Source of the DNA: an uncultured Clostridia bacterium
Lineage (GTDB): Bacteria > Bacillota > Clostridia > TANB77 > CAG-508
DNA length: 64,000 bases
NCBI GenBank assembly: GCA_944387495.1
Contig: CALXFD010000005.1
Location: 1,803-65,802, forward strand
Reading direction: 5' to 3'
A program made the position numbers and the translations under genes. Below are positions 1 through 10,222 of the stretch, one piece after another; position 1 is the stretch's first letter; the number at the start of each line of letters is the position of its first letter. The notes beneath the pieces are model-generated. The model was not told where the DNA came from. It did no database searches and was given only the letters and a program-made list of their open reading frames with translations.

Positions 1-3000
1 TACCATCTTCCATCCCATCCATTTGTATTTAGCGCTTTTTTTAGTTTTATTTTTATTTCTTCTAATTTTTCTGAAATTTTTTGTATTCCTTCTTGTTCTT
101 CTTTTTCTTCTCGTTCCTTACATATTGGGATAAATTTGTCTATTATTTTGTACATAAAAAATCCTAACCATACACTTTCACCTTTTCCTTTATTTCCTAC
201 TGTACTAAATCCATCATTCCAATCTCCTGTTCCTATTTTTGGTAATCCATTTTCTCCAAAGTTAAAGCTTTTTTCTAATGCTTTTATACAATGTTCATAA
301 ATTGTTCCTTCTACTTTTCCTTCTTCATATTTATCGTATTTTTCTTCCTCTTCTGGTTTTAAAATTTCTCCTTCTAGATATGGTATTTTAATATCTAATA
401 TTGTTTTGTCACCTGTAAATTTTATATATTCTATTACTAAATATGGCAACCATAATAGGTCATCTGAAAATCTTGTTCTTATCCCTCTTCCTGTTTCTTC
501 ATGCCACCAATGTTCTACATCTCCTTCTATAAATTGATGTTTGCTGTGTTTTATTATTTGTTTTTTCATTGCATCTATATCAAGATATTTTATTCCTATT
601 GTGTCTTGTAATTGGTCTCTATATCCATATGCTCCACCTGATTGATAATAACCACTTTTTCCTAGTAATCTACTTTCTACTGTTTGATATGCAAGCCAAC
701 CATTTAATAATATATTTGTTGATTCTAATGGTGTATATACTTGTAATCTTCCTAGATATTCTTTCCAGTAGTTTTTTACTATATCTAACTCTTGCTTACA
801 ATTTTGTATTTTACTATATTTATATGCAATATTTTTACAGTCTATAATGCTTTCTTCTGCTCCTAAGATTAGTGATATTTCTTTGGTTGAAAAACTTTCT
901 ATTTCTACTTGCAGTTCTATTGCTATACATGAATTTCTTCCTATCGAATTTTCATTGTTTAAACTTACTTTTTCAATTCCAGCTGGATTACTTAATCCAT
1001 TCTTTCCTAAAAAGAAATTTTTATCTCCTGTATAACTTTTAATTGATTCACTTGATGATACATATACTTTTGGACTTTCTATATCATTTGTATATAGATT
1101 TTTTGCTGTAATTACATTATTGTTTCTATCATATCTTATATTTATATGATTATTACTTTTTATTTCATCTTCTCCTAGAACTGGTTTTATATAATAATAT
1201 ATTTTTAATTTTTTCCTATTTGGTGTTGTATTTTTTAGTTTTAATAACCCTATTTTACAACTATCTATTTTAGGTACAAATATTTCTAATTCTTGTTCTA
1301 CTCCTAAGCTTTTATGAATATATTTACAATATCCAAATCCATATATTATACTATAACTTTGAGAATCTGGCATTGGATTTAATCCTAATGACCATGTTTT
1401 CTTTGTTTCTTCGTCTTTTAAATATATAATTTCTGATGGTATATCATAACTTGGGTTATTTCCCCAACTTGTAATTCTGTTTAATCTACTATTTTTATAC
1501 CATGTATATCCTCCCATATTTTCTGTTAATATTGTTCCAAATTTTTCATTTGCTAGTATATGTGACCATACTGTTGGTAATCTATTATTTTGAGATATTT
1601 TTATTAAATATTCTTTTCCATCTTCTGAAAATGCTCCATATTCATTGTAATATTTTAGTTCTTCTTTATTTGCTAATATATCTATTTCATTATTTTCTTC
1701 TGGCAATATATTAGGTTCTTGTCCTTCTTTTCCTACATCTTTGTATTTGCTTATATATTCTTCTTCTAATTCTTTAATATTGTTTTCTATTCCACCTTTA
1801 CTACTATCTATAACTATCTTTGCTATAAATTCTAATAATTCTATATCTTTATTCTCTACTTCTTCTTTATTTAGTATAAATATTCCTCCATTTATATTTT
1901 TTAGATATGACATTTGATTATTTAAAATTGCACTTTCAATTTCTTCTCTTACATAATTTTCATAACTATATTTTTCTTCATCAAGTATTACTACTTCTGT
2001 TTTTATATTTTTAGTTTTAAAAAATTCATATGCTTTTAAAATTTCTTTTATACAATAAATATCATTAACATTTTGTATTTTTACTAATATTATTGGTATA
2101 TCTCCTGATATTCCATATTTCCATAAATCACTTTGTCTATATTCCCTTTTATTTAATTTTTCTGATATAACACTTTTTACTGAGTCATCAAATATAATAT
2201 ATCCTAACATTTTTTGATAGTTTTCTATATCTTTTCCTTTTATACCTAGATATCTACTTTCTGCTTCTATTCTTGCTTTTGATAGTTTAAATTCATTTTT
2301 TATATTTTCTACTGAATTAAATTTTTGTAAATTGTTTAATACTTCTTCTTTTTCTTCTCCTACTGATATTATAAAATTCATATTTATTGATTCTTGTGCT
2401 TTGATTTTTACTATTCTTTTAAGTGCTATTACAGGTTCTGTTACTAATCCAATTTTTTTAGAAAATGGTATTGAATTTTTTACCATGTTTGGTATTCCCA
2501 AGTTTCCTCTACCTATAAATTTTTCCTCTTCTATTTCATATTCTAATTCTCTTATTGTGTCATTACTATTTGAACTTATTGTTGTTGCTAAATACATTTC
2601 TGTTCCGTTTTGTTCTCTCTTTTTTCTTTTTACTATTATGCTATTTGTTTTTTCATCATAATCATATATTAAAAATAGATTATTAAATGCTGGATGTGCA
2701 TAATCTTGTTCTTTTTTTGATAGTACTGGTTCAAAATATCCTGTTACTTCTAATATTTCTTCTTCATTTCCCCTATTTTCTATTTTTATATTTCTTATTT
2801 CTACTGGGTCATTTGATGCAATTGTAGTATCTATTTTTGCTTTTATATTTCCATTAGATATTTCTTGTGATATTTTGTCTGGCATAAAACTTATTTGATA
2901 ATTATTTTCTTTTAATTCATTTTGTGAATAGTATGAACTTATTATATTTTTTGTTCTTATATTTTTTATATTAAATATTATTCCTTGATTATAATCATCT

Positions 3001-6000
3001 GTATTCTTAAATCTATTTATAAATATATCTTTGTATTTACTAATTCCAGCACCTTGCCCATTCATTGCTATAACATAGTTATTTTCATTTGATATTACAT
3101 TACTTCTAATTATTTTTTCATCTATTTTATTATATGTTTTTTCTATATAATTTTCATAATCTTTGTATTTTAATTGTTCTACTTTTTCTTTATCTTCTTT
3201 TGTTATTATTGATTTTTCTGGCATTGTTTCTTGTAATAATATTGTGGTTGCTGATATTTCTGGATTTTCTACAAATCTTTTTTGTAAAATATTATTGTTA
3301 AATAAATTATTAATAGATAATAATATTAATCCTTGATGGTGTGCCATATATGTTTCTACAACAGCTGCTTTTTTACCTTTTTCTACTCTTTCTGGTGTAA
3401 AATCGATTGATTCATAAAATCCATATTTGTCATACATTCCATATTGTTCTAATTGTTTTAAATTTTCTATTACTTCTTTTGGTCTATCTGGTAATGCAAG
3501 TATTCCTCCATATGCTGATACTACTAATTCATCTGCTAGCCCTCTTTTTAAACCTAGCCATGGTATTCCAAATGCTTTATATTGATAATTAGAATGTAAA
3601 TCTTTTAAATTAAATGCTGCTTCTGATATTCCCCATGGTAAATTTAATGTTTTTGAATATTTCATTTGGCTCATTATCATAAAGTTACATGCTTCATCTA
3701 ATAGACTTCCTTTATATTTTGGCATATTAATATTTGGCATAAGATATTCAAATGCTGTTCCAGACCATGATACTAGCCCTTTATATTTTCCTAAACTTGT
3801 TAATGTTCTGCTTAAATTATTCCAATGTTTTGATGGAACATCTTTTTTTGCAATTGCCACAAAACTTGCTTGTCTTGCTTCTGATGCTAGTAAATCATAG
3901 TAAGAATCTGTTAATTTGTTTTCTTCTACATTAAATCCTATTGAAAATATTTGATTTTTGTTATCATATAAATATGCAAAATTTGTATTTTCAATTATTC
4001 TATTAACTATTTCTAATATGTCTTTTATTTTTTCTTCTAATCTATTATCTTCTTTTAAATGTTCTTGTAAAAATGTTCTTGTAACATATAAATATCCTAT
4101 AAAGTTTCCACTATCTACTGTTGAAATATATCTTGGAATTAATGGTTCTTTTGTTTTTATATTATACCAATTATATAAATGTCCATTCCATTTTTGTAGG
4201 CTATCTACTGATTTCATGACATTATATAATAAATCTATTGTTTCATCTATTTCTATATATTTTAAATCATATGCAGAAATTATAGCTAAAATTGATAATC
4301 CAATATTTGTTGATGATGTTCTATCTACAATTTCATTTTTTCTTCCATTTTGAAAATTATCTGTAATTAAATAATTGTTTTGTGGTGTTAAATAGGTTTT
4401 AAAAAATTCCCATGTTCTTTTTCCTATTTCTAATGTATAGTCCTTTTCTTTTTTATTTAATTTTTCTAATGGTTTTTCCTCTTTTATTTCTTTACTTATA
4501 TAACACATTATTGCAGGTGAAATTAGCCATAATGCTCCTAATATTAAGCCTAAAATACTATTTCTAGATATTGAAAATATTATTGTTAATATTCCAAATG
4601 CACAATTAAACCACATTTGTGTAAAATATGAGACATAATCAATTTTAGTTCGTTTTTCTGCTTCTTCTGATGTCATCCATTCTAATAAATGTTCATGTGT
4701 TATGTTTTTTCTGTATATTGTTTTTACTATTGAAACAAATGATATATATGCCTTATTTGGTAAAACTGATAAAGTTATGAGTGCTCTTAAAAACATTCCT
4801 TTATAGCCAGAGATTTTTGGTGTAAAAGTTTTTTGGTTTTTTTCTCCCTCTTTTTTTAATATTAAATTATTTATAATTTCTAATATATATGGAAATATTG
4901 ATATTGCTAAAATTATTGATATTAAATGTCCTATTGGTGAATGTTTTATTACTCCAATTATTGATACAAATATTATTGATATAATTAGTGATATTTCTAA
5001 TAAGCTTCTTCTTAGATTATCAAATATTTTATATTTTGATAAAAAATTTAATGGATTTTTTATTTCTTTTTCTCCATTATTTATTTTATTTGTAAGCCAT
5101 TTGGTTATTTGCCAATCTCCTCTTATCCAACGTGATAGTCTGTTTGTAAAACTATTATATTTTGATGGATATCCATCCATAATTAATATATCTGTTGCTA
5201 GTCCACATCTTAGATAATTTCCTTCTAATAAATCATGGCTTAATACTGTATTTTCTGGTATTGCATTTTTTAAAACTTTTGAAAATATTTCTAAATCATA
5301 TATTCCTTTTCCTGTAAAAATTCCCTCATCAAAATTATCTTGATATATATCTGAAATTGCATTTGTATATGTGTCTATTCCTCCTGCTCCTGCAAATATT
5401 TTTGTAAATAGTGATTTATAACTTATATCTAGGTTTATTCCTATTCTAGGTTGTATAATTCCATGACCTTCTACAACTATATTTTTACTTTCATCTAATT
5501 TTGGTTTGTTTAAAATATGTGCCATTGCACCAACTAATTCAAATGCTGAATTTAAAATTAAATTAGTATCTGCATCTAATGTTATAACATATTTTATTTT
5601 TGGCAAAATGTCTTTATATTGTTCTATTGTATTTTCTTTAAATTCATTTTGAGTATGCTCTAAAATATATTCATTAAATTGGGTAATCATACCTCTTTTT
5701 CTTTCCCAACCCAAATAGCTTCCTTCTTTTTCATTCCATTCTCTTTTTCTATATATAAAATTGAATTTTGGAAATTGAGTCTTTTTACTATATTTTTCAT
5801 TTAATATTTCGCATTGCTTTTTTCCCTCTTCTATTACTTCTAAATCAAATTCTGTATTCTCTATTGTTTCTTCTGAGCAATCTCCAAGTAGAGTAAAATA
5901 TATATTTTCTGATTTATTTGCTATATAATAAATTTCTAAATCTCTCATTAATTCTTTTACTTTTTCTTTTGATTTAATTATTGTAGGTATTATTACCATA

Positions 6001-7412
6001 CATGAATTTTCTTCATCTATTCCTTTTGAAAAATCAATTTTAGGAATTAATTTAGGTTTTACTATTTTACTTAATATATATTGTACTAATTGTATTGATA
6101 CTTCTGATGCTGGTATTAAAAATATTATTATTGATATTAAATATATCCATATATTTTTAGTAAATAAATTTATAATCCCACTTATCCCTATTGATATAAG
6201 TAATGTTAATATTATATTTATTCCTACATAAATTTTTGCTTTTGTTTCATTTTTTAATTGTTCTTTTTTATGATATTGTAATTCATTATATATTTCATCT
6301 ATTCCTTCATCTATTAAATAATATCCTATATGTGAATTTTTGTTACCCACTTCTTTTTTTTGTGCTATTTCTAATATTTTTCTAGCTATATATATTTCTG
6401 ATATTTTTGTTTTTTTAGATATTTCTTTTATTTTATTTCTATAATATTCTTTGGTTTTTAAATCCATTTTGCTATATACTTGTGCTGGATCTTGTCTTAA
6501 TATTTCTTCTACTCCATTTATTTTTTCAAAAATTTCTAGAAAATTTATTCTTTGGATATTTCTAATACTTGTAATGCTATTTCCTATTGATACTTTTTTC
6601 ACTGCAATATCAAAATGTTCTTTTTTGGTTATATCTTGAATTGTATTCCCTGTCATTTCTACTGTTTCTTCTAATGCTTTTAAATAACTATATCCTTTTT
6701 TTCCATATCTTCTTAATATATATGACATGTATTCTATAAATGAATATCTCATATCATCTACTATTTCTTTTTGATTATATTTATTATTTGTTATTATATA
6801 TTTTTGTTCATTTTTATTTCTATTTTCTATTAGCCTTTCTGCAATATTTTCTGCTTTATATTTTTGCATTTGAGTATTATATATTTTTTCACAAATTTCT
6901 CTAATATTTTCTATTATTGCAATTTGCAAGAAAATTCCTATATTCCAGATTTCTTCCATACTTAATGTTTTTTTACTTTGATAACTTTTTAAATAATCTT
7001 CTAAATCTTTTGCTTCTATTTTATTATCTGTATATGCAACTATCTCTCCTGCCAATACGTATATTCTTGCAAATCCTTGATATTTTCCATTTGCTATTCC
7101 TAAAAAATTCACATATTTTTTTAAAGGTAATTCTTTTTGTATTTGCTTTACTGTTTTTTCTATTATATAAAAATTATCTAATAACCACTCTCCTGCTGGG
7201 TGTATTCCTATTCCTAATTTTAAATGTTCATTTAATAAATTATATACCATTTTTATTGTATTATAATTTTCTAATAAACGTGGTATTGGATAAGTTTCTT
7301 TTTTTGCTCTATTTATTAAGTTATGGTTTGTTGCAATTTTTTGAAGCTCATTTTCCAATTGGTTTTTATCTAGCAATGTTCCATCTATTTTTAATATTTT
7401 ACTTGTTTTCAA
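1..7412 (-). CDS. Cyclic beta-1,2-glucan synthase-like giant protein (glycosyltransferase domain plus GH94 glycoside phosphorylase domain); 3' end lies outside the window
   Basis: Absent from the supplied ORF track because there is no stop inside the window. Reading the minus strand from TTG at 7412 (SD AAGGAGTGGG about 6 nt upstream) gives one uninterrupted frame down to position 1. Hand translation shows AGEWLLDNFYIIE (about 7161-7200), ITLDADTNL (about 5558-5586), RLSRWIRGDWQ (5110-5142), HWWHEETGRGIRTRFSDDLLWLPY (about 441-520), GDWNDG (211-228) and NGWDGRW at the window edge. These are typical of Cgs/NdvB-type enzymes. Confidence 0.8.
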   Translation of the reverse strand, partial: MKTSKILKIDGTLLDKNQLENELQKIATNHNLINRAKKETYPIPRLLENYNTIKMVYNLLNEHLKLGIGIHPAGEWLLDNFYIIEKTVKQIQKELPLKKYVNFLGIANGKYQGFARIYVLAGEIVAYTDNKIEAKDLEDYLKSYQSKKTLSMEEIWNIGIFLQIAIIENIREICEKIYNTQMQKYKAENIAERLIENRNKNEQKYIITNNKYNQKEIVDDMRYSFIEYMSYILRRYGKKGYSYLKALEETVEMTGNTIQDITKKEHFDIAVKKVSIGNSITSIRNIQRINFLEIFEKINGVEEILRQDPAQVYSKMDLKTKEYYRNKIKEISKKTKISEIYIARKILEIAQKKEVGNKNSHIGYYLIDEGIDEIYNELQYHKKEQLKNETKAKIYVGINIILTLLISIGISGIINLFTKNIWIYLISIIIFLIPASEVSIQLVQYILSKIVKPKLIPKIDFSKGIDEENSCMVIIPTIIKSKEKVKELMRDLEIYYIANKSENIYFTLLGDCSEETIENTEFDLEVIEEGKKQCEILNEKYSKKTQFPKFNFIYRKREWNEKEGSYLGWERKRGMITQFNEYILEHTQNEFKENTIEQYKDILPKIKYVITLDADTNLILNSAFELVGAMAHILNKPKLDESKNIVVEGHGIIQPRIGINLDISYKSLFTKIFAGAGGIDTYTNAISDIYQDNFDEGIFTGKGIYDLEIFSKVLKNAIPENTVLSHDLLEGNYLRCGLATDILIMDGYPSKYNSFTNRLSRWIRGDWQITKWLTNKINNGEKEIKNPLNFLSKYKIFDNLRRSLLEISLIISIIFVSIIGVIKHSPIGHLISIILAISIFPYILEIINNLILKKEGEKNQKTFTPKISGYKGMFLRALITLSVLPNKAYISFVSIVKTIYRKNITHEHLLEWMTSEEAEKRTKIDYVSYFTQMWFNCAFGILTIIFSISRNSILGLILGALWLISPAIMCYISKEIKEEKPLEKLNKKEKDYTLEIGKRTWEFFKTYLTPQNNYLITDNFQNGRKNEIVDRTSSTNIGLSILAIISAYDLKYIEIDETIDLLYNVMKSVDSLQKWNGHLYNWYNIKTKEPLIPRYISTVDSGNFIGYLYVTRTFLQEHLKEDNRLEEKIKDILEIVNRIIENTNFAYLYDNKNQIFSIGFNVEENKLTDSYYDLLASEARQASFVAIAKKDVPSKHWNNLSRTLTSLGKYKGLVSWSGTAFEYLMPNINMPKYKGSLLDEACNFMIMSQMKYSKTLNLPWGISEAAFNLKDLHSNYQYKAFGIPWLGLKRGLADELVVSAYGGILALPDRPKEVIENLKQLEQYGMYDKYGFYESIDFTPERVEKGKKAAVVETYMAHHQGLILLSINNLFNNNILQKRFVENPEISATTILLQETMPEKSIITKEDKEKVEQLKYKDYENYIEKTYNKIDEKIIRSNVISNENNYVIAMNGQGAGISKYKDIFINRFKNTDDYNQGIIFNIKNIRTKNIISSYYSQNELKENNYQISFMPDKISQEISNGNIKAKIDTTIASNDPVEIRNIKIENRGNEEEILEVTGYFEPVLSKKEQDYAHPAFNNLFLIYDYDEKTNSIIVKRKKREQNGTEMYLATTISSNSNDTIRELEYEIEEEKFIGRGNLGIPNMVKNSIPFSKKIGLVTEPVIALKRIVKIKAQESINMNFIISVGEEKEEVLNNLQKFNSVENIKNEFKLSKARIEAESRYLGIKGKDIENYQKMLGYIIFDDSVKSVISEKLNKREYRQSDLWKYGISGDIPIILVKIQNVNDIYCIKEILKAYEFFKTKNIKTEVVILDEEKYSYENYVREEIESAILNNQMSYLKNINGGIFILNKEEVENKDIELLEFIAKIVIDSSKGGIENNIKELEEEYISKYKDVGKEGQEPNILPEENNEIDILANKEELKYYNEYGAFSEDGKEYLIKISQNNRLPTVWSHILANEKFGTILTENMGGYTWYKNSRLNRITSWGNNPSYDIPSEIIYLKDEETKKTWSLGLNPMPDSQSYSIIYGFGYCKYIHKSLGVEQELEIFVPKIDSCKIGLLKLKNTTPNRKKLKIYYYIKPVLGEDEIKSNNHINIRYDRNNNVITAKNLYTNDIESPKVYVSSSESIKSYTGDKNFFLGKNGLSNPAGIEKVSLNNENSIGRNSCIAIELQVEIESFSTKEISLILGAEESIIDCKNIAYKYSKIQNCKQELDIVKNYWKEYLGRLQVYTPLESTNILLNGWLAYQTVESRLLGKSGYYQSGGAYGYRDQLQDTIGIKYLDIDAMKKQIIKHSKHQFIEGDVEHWWHEETGRGIRTRFSDDLLWLPYLVIEYIKFTGDKTILDIKIPYLEGEILKPEEEEKYDKYEEGKVEGTIYEHCIKALEKSFNFGENGLPKIGTGDWNDGFSTVGNKGKGESVWLGFFMYKIIDKFIPICKEREEKEEQEGIQKISEKLEEIKIKLKKALNTNGWDGRW

Positions 7413-7480
7413 AAAAATCCCACTCCTTGCTAATATGTTTTACACATATTGTTTGCAAAGAGTGGAAATTCTATACATTT

Positions 7481-8476
7481 TTATAATTCATTTTCATAAT
7501 TTTGTTCTAATTTTTCATTAGTTTGTTTATTTTGTTTTTCTACATCTAATATTGATTTTACAAAATTTGTTTTTGCATTAGAATCCTTGAAATTTTCCAT
7601 ATAATTTATTCCATCTGGTATTATTGTACCCATTTCATCCAAAACAGAATCATAATTTTTCATTTCACTATATTTGTCTCCTGGTATTACTCTTATAGGC
7701 ACTCTTTTATCGTCTTTTGTTTGTAATATTATGCTATCAATTATATTTCCATCTTTTGTTTGTATATCATATGTTTTTACATCTTCAAGTATATTATAAT
7801 CAATTCCATCTGCATTTAAGCTTTCTTCTGTTTCCATTGGATTTCTTCCATGTGTTATTATATTATTATTTTCTTTATCCTCAAAAACATAATTTTCTGT
7901 GCTTTCATAAATCATTATATCTTCTGTTGTTAATTTTTCATCTCCTGTTTTTTGCTCATATTTTTCTATATACATATTTTTTAAATATGCTAATACATCA
8001 CTTTCGCTTTGTAGTTCATTTATTTGTGCTTCTAATTCTTTTTGTTCTTTACTTTTTAATTTTTCTTCTTCACTTACTTTATATGCTTGTTTAAATTTAT
8101 CCATATCATTCTTTTTGGTAAAATCATCAACTATGTTCTTAGCATTCTCTTGTATTATTGGTAAGTTCTTATATGTTGCAACTCCTGCTCCTAGTATAAT
8201 AACTGCTAATACAGGATATTTCAAAGCTGCAATTCTTTTTTTCGCCTTTTTGTGAGCTTTTTTCTTTTCTTGTTTAGTTAATGTATTTTTACCAGTGTCT
8301 TCTTTAATTTTTCTTCTCTCTTGCTCTATTATTTGTCTTTTAGTGCTAATTGATATTACATTTTTGTTATTTTTTTTGTCTTGTTTTGGTTTAGCTTTTC
8401 CTCTTTTTTCAAATGTTATTGCATTTAATTCTTTTTTTGGTCCTATAATATTTATTTCACCTTTGTTTTTTGGCAT
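7481..8476 (-). CDS. Hypothetical single-pass membrane protein (Lys-rich N-terminus, one TM helix, acidic extracytoplasmic domain)
   Basis: ORF track 7481..8500. I prefer the ATG at 8476 (MPKNKGE), which is preceded by AGGAGGAAAAACA. TM segment YPVLAVIILGAGVATY. No recognisable family. Confidence 0.6.
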   Translation of the reverse strand: MPKNKGEINIIGPKKELNAITFEKRGKAKPKQDKKNNKNVISISTKRQIIEQERRKIKEDTGKNTLTKQEKKKAHKKAKKRIAALKYPVLAVIILGAGVATYKNLPIIQENAKNIVDDFTKKNDMDKFKQAYKVSEEEKLKSKEQKELEAQINELQSESDVLAYLKNMYIEKYEQKTGDEKLTTEDIMIYESTENYVFEDKENNNIITHGRNPMETEESLNADGIDYNILEDVKTYDIQTKDGNIIDSIILQTKDDKRVPIRVIPGDKYSEMKNYDSVLDEMGTIIPDGINYMENFKDSNAKTNFVKSILDVEKQNKQTNEKLEQNYENEL

Positions 8477-8640
8477 TGTTTTTCCTCCTATGTTTAACAT
8501 TACAATTTTATTATATAATTATGCTAAATTTTTTTCAATACTTTTTATTTATTTTATTTTTGACTTTTTTTTACAACTTTTTTCGTTCTATTTCATAATA
8601 TATATTAACAACAGTTATGTTGTTAGAAAGGATGGTATAT

Positions 8641-9126
8641 ATGGAAAACAATAAACCTTGTTGCCCTATTTTAGATATAGATGGCGTAATTTCAGGAGGT
8701 AAACAATTTGATTTAGATATCACTTTACCAGAAGATAATAGAGATGTAATTTATGGAGTTGTAAAAAATTGCTTTAAAGAGCCAGTATGTGATGCAGTTG
8801 TTAAATTAGTAGAAATCGTTTGCGATTGTGGTAAAGAAGAAAGAAAACCTATTGGTCATACTTTCACAGATAAAGAAGGAGAATTTGTATTTGGACCTCT
8901 TTGTCCTGGTAGACAATACGCTTTACAAATTTGGGTTAATGACACTCAAAAAATGAAAATATGTGCTAAATGTCATCATGAAGGTAGATGTTTAAAAGGC
9001 GCTCGACATGAAAAATGTGACTGTTTTATAGGTGAAGATAAAGAACATTGTGATGATAATCATTGCGATGATAAACACTGTGACAATAAACATTGCGACG
9101 ACAAACATTGTGATGACAAATATTAA
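8641..9126 (+). CDS. Cys/His-rich protein with a carboxypeptidase-regulatory-like (prealbumin-fold) segment and a C-terminal HCDD(K/N) pentapeptide repeat
   Basis: ORF track 8617..9126. The ATG at 8641 is preferred (SD AGAAAGGA at 8625-8632). Segment DAVVKLVEI...TFTDKEGEFVFGPL resembles CarboxypepD_reg-like domains. Five tandem 15-bp repeats lie at 9046-9120. Confidence 0.7.
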   Translation: MENNKPCCPILDIDGVISGGKQFDLDITLPEDNRDVIYGVVKNCFKEPVCDAVVKLVEIVCDCGKEERKPIGHTFTDKEGEFVFGPLCPGRQYALQIWVNDTQKMKICAKCHHEGRCLKGARHEKCDCFIGEDKEHCDDNHCDDKHCDNKHCDDKHCDDKY

Positions 9127-9140
9127 TTTTAGTCTTAGAG

Positions 9141-9178
9141 CCAAAAAATCCAACTTTTTTAGTTGGATTTTTGGTTTT
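9141..9178. terminator. Rho-independent terminator hairpin between convergent genes
   Basis: CCAAAAAATCCAACT / AGTTGGATTTTTGG stem with a TTTTT loop, followed by a T-run. Confidence 0.7.
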
Positions 9179-9216
9179 ATTTAGTTTGAATTTTGCTATT
9201 TTTTTATTTTAATTCA

Positions 9217-9360
9217 TTACATAATCCCCATTTTTTTGGCCATTTTTTTACCTTTTTTGAGCATTTTCTTTTTGTCCATTGCTCCTACACTTTCTGCATA
9301 CATCATTACTAATCCTGTTGTGATTAATCCACCTATCATCATACCTTTTACAAATTTCAT
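9217..9360 (-). CDS. Small hypothetical membrane protein (47 aa), below the ORF-track size cutoff
   Basis: Hand-read: MKFVKGMMIGGLITTGLVMMYAESVGAMDKKKMLKKGKKMAKKMGIM. SD AAAGGATG lies upstream of the ATG at 9360, and the stop TAA is at 9217-9219. Confidence 0.35.
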   Translation of the reverse strand: MKFVKGMMIGGLITTGLVMMYAESVGAMDKKKMLKKGKKMAKKMGIM

Positions 9361-9364
9361 ATTA

Positions 9365-9775
9365 TCATCCTTTCTTTCTAGTTATTTCAATATTTATATT
9401 ATTTGTGTTTTTTTCTTTTTTATACAATTTATAAATGGTATATATTTCATGGATTGCAATTATTAATAAAAAAGCGCCAAAACATTTTCTTAAAATATTT
9501 ACATCTATATTAATTGATATTTTTGCTCCTATTATTGCCCCTATTATTCCAGCTCCTGCTATTATGTTTCCTGTCTTTAAGTCAATATTTTTATTTTTTA
9601 TATTTACTAAAATTGCAATTATTGATGTTGGCACAAAAAATATTAAATTTGTTGCTTGTGCTACATGTTGTTCTACATTTTGGGTAAATGTTAAGAGAAA
9701 TATTAAAATTGTTCCTCCTCCCATTCCTGTTCCACTTACAATTCCCGATATTAAACCAATTAATATTTCCGCCAT
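9365..9775 (-). CDS. TauE/SafE (TSUP) family anion exporter, C-terminal-half-like protein
   Basis: 136 aa, about 4 TM helices, Gly-rich motif GIVSGTGMGGGTILIFLL. Has its own SD (AAAGGAGAAC) immediately after the upstream stop. Confidence 0.7.
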   Translation of the reverse strand: MAEILIGLISGIVSGTGMGGGTILIFLLTFTQNVEQHVAQATNLIFFVPTSIIAILVNIKNKNIDLKTGNIIAGAGIIGAIIGAKISINIDVNILRKCFGAFLLIIAIHEIYTIYKLYKKEKNTNNINIEITRKKG

Positions 9776-9789
9776 ATTTTGTTCTCCTT

Positions 9790-10134
9790 TTAGATTAGCA
9801 TTTTATATGATGCATATAATAAAAATATTGTAAACACTATTTTTAAATATTTTGTTGGAACTTTTTTTAACATTTTTGCACCTATATATCCTCCTATTGC
9901 TCCTCCTATTGAACATAATAGTGCTATTTTCCAGTCTATATAATCATTTTTATAGTAGAATATACTACTTGTTACTACCATTGGCAATATACAAAATATT
10001 GTTGTTCCTCTTGCTTTGGCATCTTGGAATTTTAATAAATATATCAAGGCAGGGACTAAAATCATTCCTCCCCCTGTTGAAAACAATCCACTTATTATAC
10101 CTGCAAATATTCCAATTATAACTTTTTTCCACAT
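9790..10134 (-). CDS. TauE/SafE (TSUP) family anion exporter, N-terminal-half-like protein
   Basis: 114 aa, motif GIISGLFSTGGGMILVPALIYLL, about 4 TM helices. Confidence 0.7.
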   Translation of the reverse strand: MWKKVIIGIFAGIISGLFSTGGGMILVPALIYLLKFQDAKARGTTIFCILPMVVTSSIFYYKNDYIDWKIALLCSIGGAIGGYIGAKMLKKVPTKYLKIVFTIFLLYASYKMLI

Positions 10135-10222
10135 ATTTTTTCCTATTTTTTATTTTTAATTTTTTATATTACTTTTATATTATTTGCTTTTTTTTAAATT
10201 TTATTCTTTATATATTTTTTAT

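Noticed and set aside
1-7412. The absence of a long ORF in the track suggested a reassigned stop codon or alternative genetic code.
   Set aside because: The minus strand translates without stops under the standard code. The ORF was simply dropped because it has no stop inside the window. All other genes also read normally with code 11.
569-7486. Plus-strand ORFs listed in the track across the first 7.4 kb (for example 569..847, 2332..2661, 3958..4353, 6917..7486).
   Set aside because: They are Leu/Phe/Ile-rich low-complexity translations antisense to the giant minus-strand glucan-synthase-like gene. They have no SD sequences and no motifs, so they are artefacts of AT-rich antisense reading.
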